NCBI RefSeq assembly: GCF_963921235.1
Contig: NC_086110.1
Location: 55,614,001 to 55,678,000, forward strand
Source of the DNA: Mobula hypostoma
Lineage: Eukaryota
Reading direction: 5' to 3'
Length of the DNA: 64,000 nt
A program made the position numbers and the translations under genes. Below the pieces are notes generated by a model that was not told the DNA's origin, did not search any database, and saw only the letters and a list, made by a program, of their open reading frames with translations. This document shows, piece by piece, positions 62,200-64,000 of this stretch (position 1 is its first letter; each line of letters opens with the position of its first letter).

Positions 62200-64000
62200 G
62201 AGTACAACATCTCAGTGAGGAGTGGCTGCACGATTGACATAGGTAAGCACGAAACTCAAAACGAACTGGTAAGCTTTTTTTTTTGTCCGTAAATCCATAG
62301 TTCAGTGTAGGCAGGATGGTTAAGGTGGCAGAATGCTCCTTTGGTGGGATGTGGGATTTCAGGGCACCTAACAGGCTGCCTGTTGATGACATCCACATGA
62401 AAGGTACCCAAATTCAGCTCCTGACTGCCGAGGTCAAGGAACTGGAGCTAGATGTAATGAACCATCCGGGAGACTTAAAACCTCATACACCCAGAGCGCA
62501 GGCTTCAGACAGTAGATAGGTGACTACTTGGGTGGCCACAGTGGAACTCTACACTAACTGTTTACTCTCCATATAGGGTTCCTGTGGCTATTCTCCAGCA
62601 ACAAGTATACCTCTTAGGATACTGCTGGGGTGGAGATGATATATCAGGGTACATCAGCAGCAACCAATCTAATGACAGGCTCTGAGACTCAGCAGGGAAG
62701 GGCAAAGTCAGCAAGAGTGGGAGTGATAGGAGACTCAATAGTTAGGGGGACAGACAGGAGATTCTGTGGCCATTAATGTTAGGACAGGATAATGTGTGCC
62801 TCCCAGGTTTTAGGGTCCAGGATCAGTCAGAGGGGCAGGGGAAGCAGCCAGAGGTCCTAGTACACATTAGCACCAATGACATAGGTAGAACTGGAGAAGT
62901 CCCACATAGGGAGTAAAGGGAGTTAGGAAAGAGGCTGAAGAACAGGACCTCCAAGATAGTAATCACTGGATTACTCCCACTGCCACACGCTAGTCAGGGC
63001 AGGAATAGGATAATAGTACAGATGACTGAGTGGCTGAGGAACTAGTGCAGGGGGCAGGGTTCTTGAATCATTGGAACCTCTTCTGGGACAGTGGTGACCT
63101 GTACAAACAAGAGGGACAGGTTGCACCTGATCTGGAGGGAAATCAATATCCTGGCCAGAAGGTTCACTAGAGCTACTTGGAAGGACTTAAACTAGTTTGG
63201 CAGGGGATGGGAACCAAAGCATCAGGTCAGAAAATGATAGGATGCAGAGAAGGTCAAGGTCAAGGTCAATAAAAACAGCCAAGAGAAAAGTAATGGATAT
63301 GATGGGACAGATTCTTTGAAGTGTGTGTATTTTAATGCTATAAGTATTATGGGTAACAGTGATTAATTTAGAGCATGGATCAGTACATGGAACTATGATA
63401 TACGTGGACATCAGTACATGGACCATTTCAGAGACTTGGTTGAGAGAGGGACAGGAATGGGTACTTAACGTTTCAGGATTACTATGTTTTCGAAAAGATA
63501 GAGAGAGGCAAAAGGTGGTGGTAGGGGGAGGGGGGGATGGTGAAGTTGCACTACTAATCAGAGACAATATCACAGCTACACCCAGCGGGGACATAATGGA
63601 GGCAGTCCACTGAGTTTATATGGGTAGAACTAAATATAGGAAGGGCGCAATCACATTGATGGAATTGTACTGCAGGCCTCCTCAATAGGTATGGGACACT
63701 GAGGAACAGATATGCAGGCAGATTAAGGTGTTAAAACAATAGGGTTGGTATCATGGGGTCTACAAATTCCCTCATATAAACTGGAATCTTCTTAATAAAG
63801 GATTTAGTTGGAACAGAACTTGTTAGGTGCATCTAGGAGGACTTCTTAAATGAATATATAGATAATCCCAACAAGAAGAGGGTTATACTGGATCTGGTGT
63901 TGGATGATGAGCTTAGCCAGGTGACCAATCTTTCAGTGGGTGAGCAGTTAAGGAATTGTGGTCACTGTTCCCCAGTTTTAAAGTGGCTATAGATAAGGAT
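62200..64000 (+). mobile_element. CR1 5' portion (5' UTR, decayed ORF1 with esterase, start of ORF2 endonuclease), runs off the window
   Basis: QLLTAEVKELEL coiled coil, VIGDSIVRGTDRRFCG and VHISTND (SGNH), LKCVYFNA..SI and ISETWL (APE). Confidence 0.85.

Overview
Eukaryotic (vertebrate) DNA, most likely a cartilaginous fish (ray/shark-like). This is inferred from the repeat mix: HE1/V-SINE-type SINEs, Deu-domain SINE relics, abundant CR1, Rex-Babar, Penelope, RTE, L1/Tx1, Gypsy, Tc1 and hAT. The window is mostly intergenic/intronic, with deeply nested transposable elements. The only host gene I recognise is the last coding exon and 3' UTR of coactosin-like COTL1 (minus strand, 53083-52973; polyA signals near 52620 and 52670). 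A possible orphan plus-strand exon lies at 1564-1628. Most ORF-track entries are TE fragments or chance ORFs. Highlights: (1) about nine dispersed Penelope 3' ends whose aligned consensus rebuilds a minimal type I hammerhead ribozyme with a palindromic helix III, although every copy here is decayed; (2) a twin-primed, 5'-inverted L1 with a perfect 16-bp TSD; (3) three short retroelements that share head and tail modules, one resembling coral/Meta-domain SINEs; (4) a Passport-like Tc1 with an inserted SINE; (5) nested hAT insertions inside a near full-length CR1. Family names come from recalled motifs, not database searches. Boundaries of old elements are approximate.
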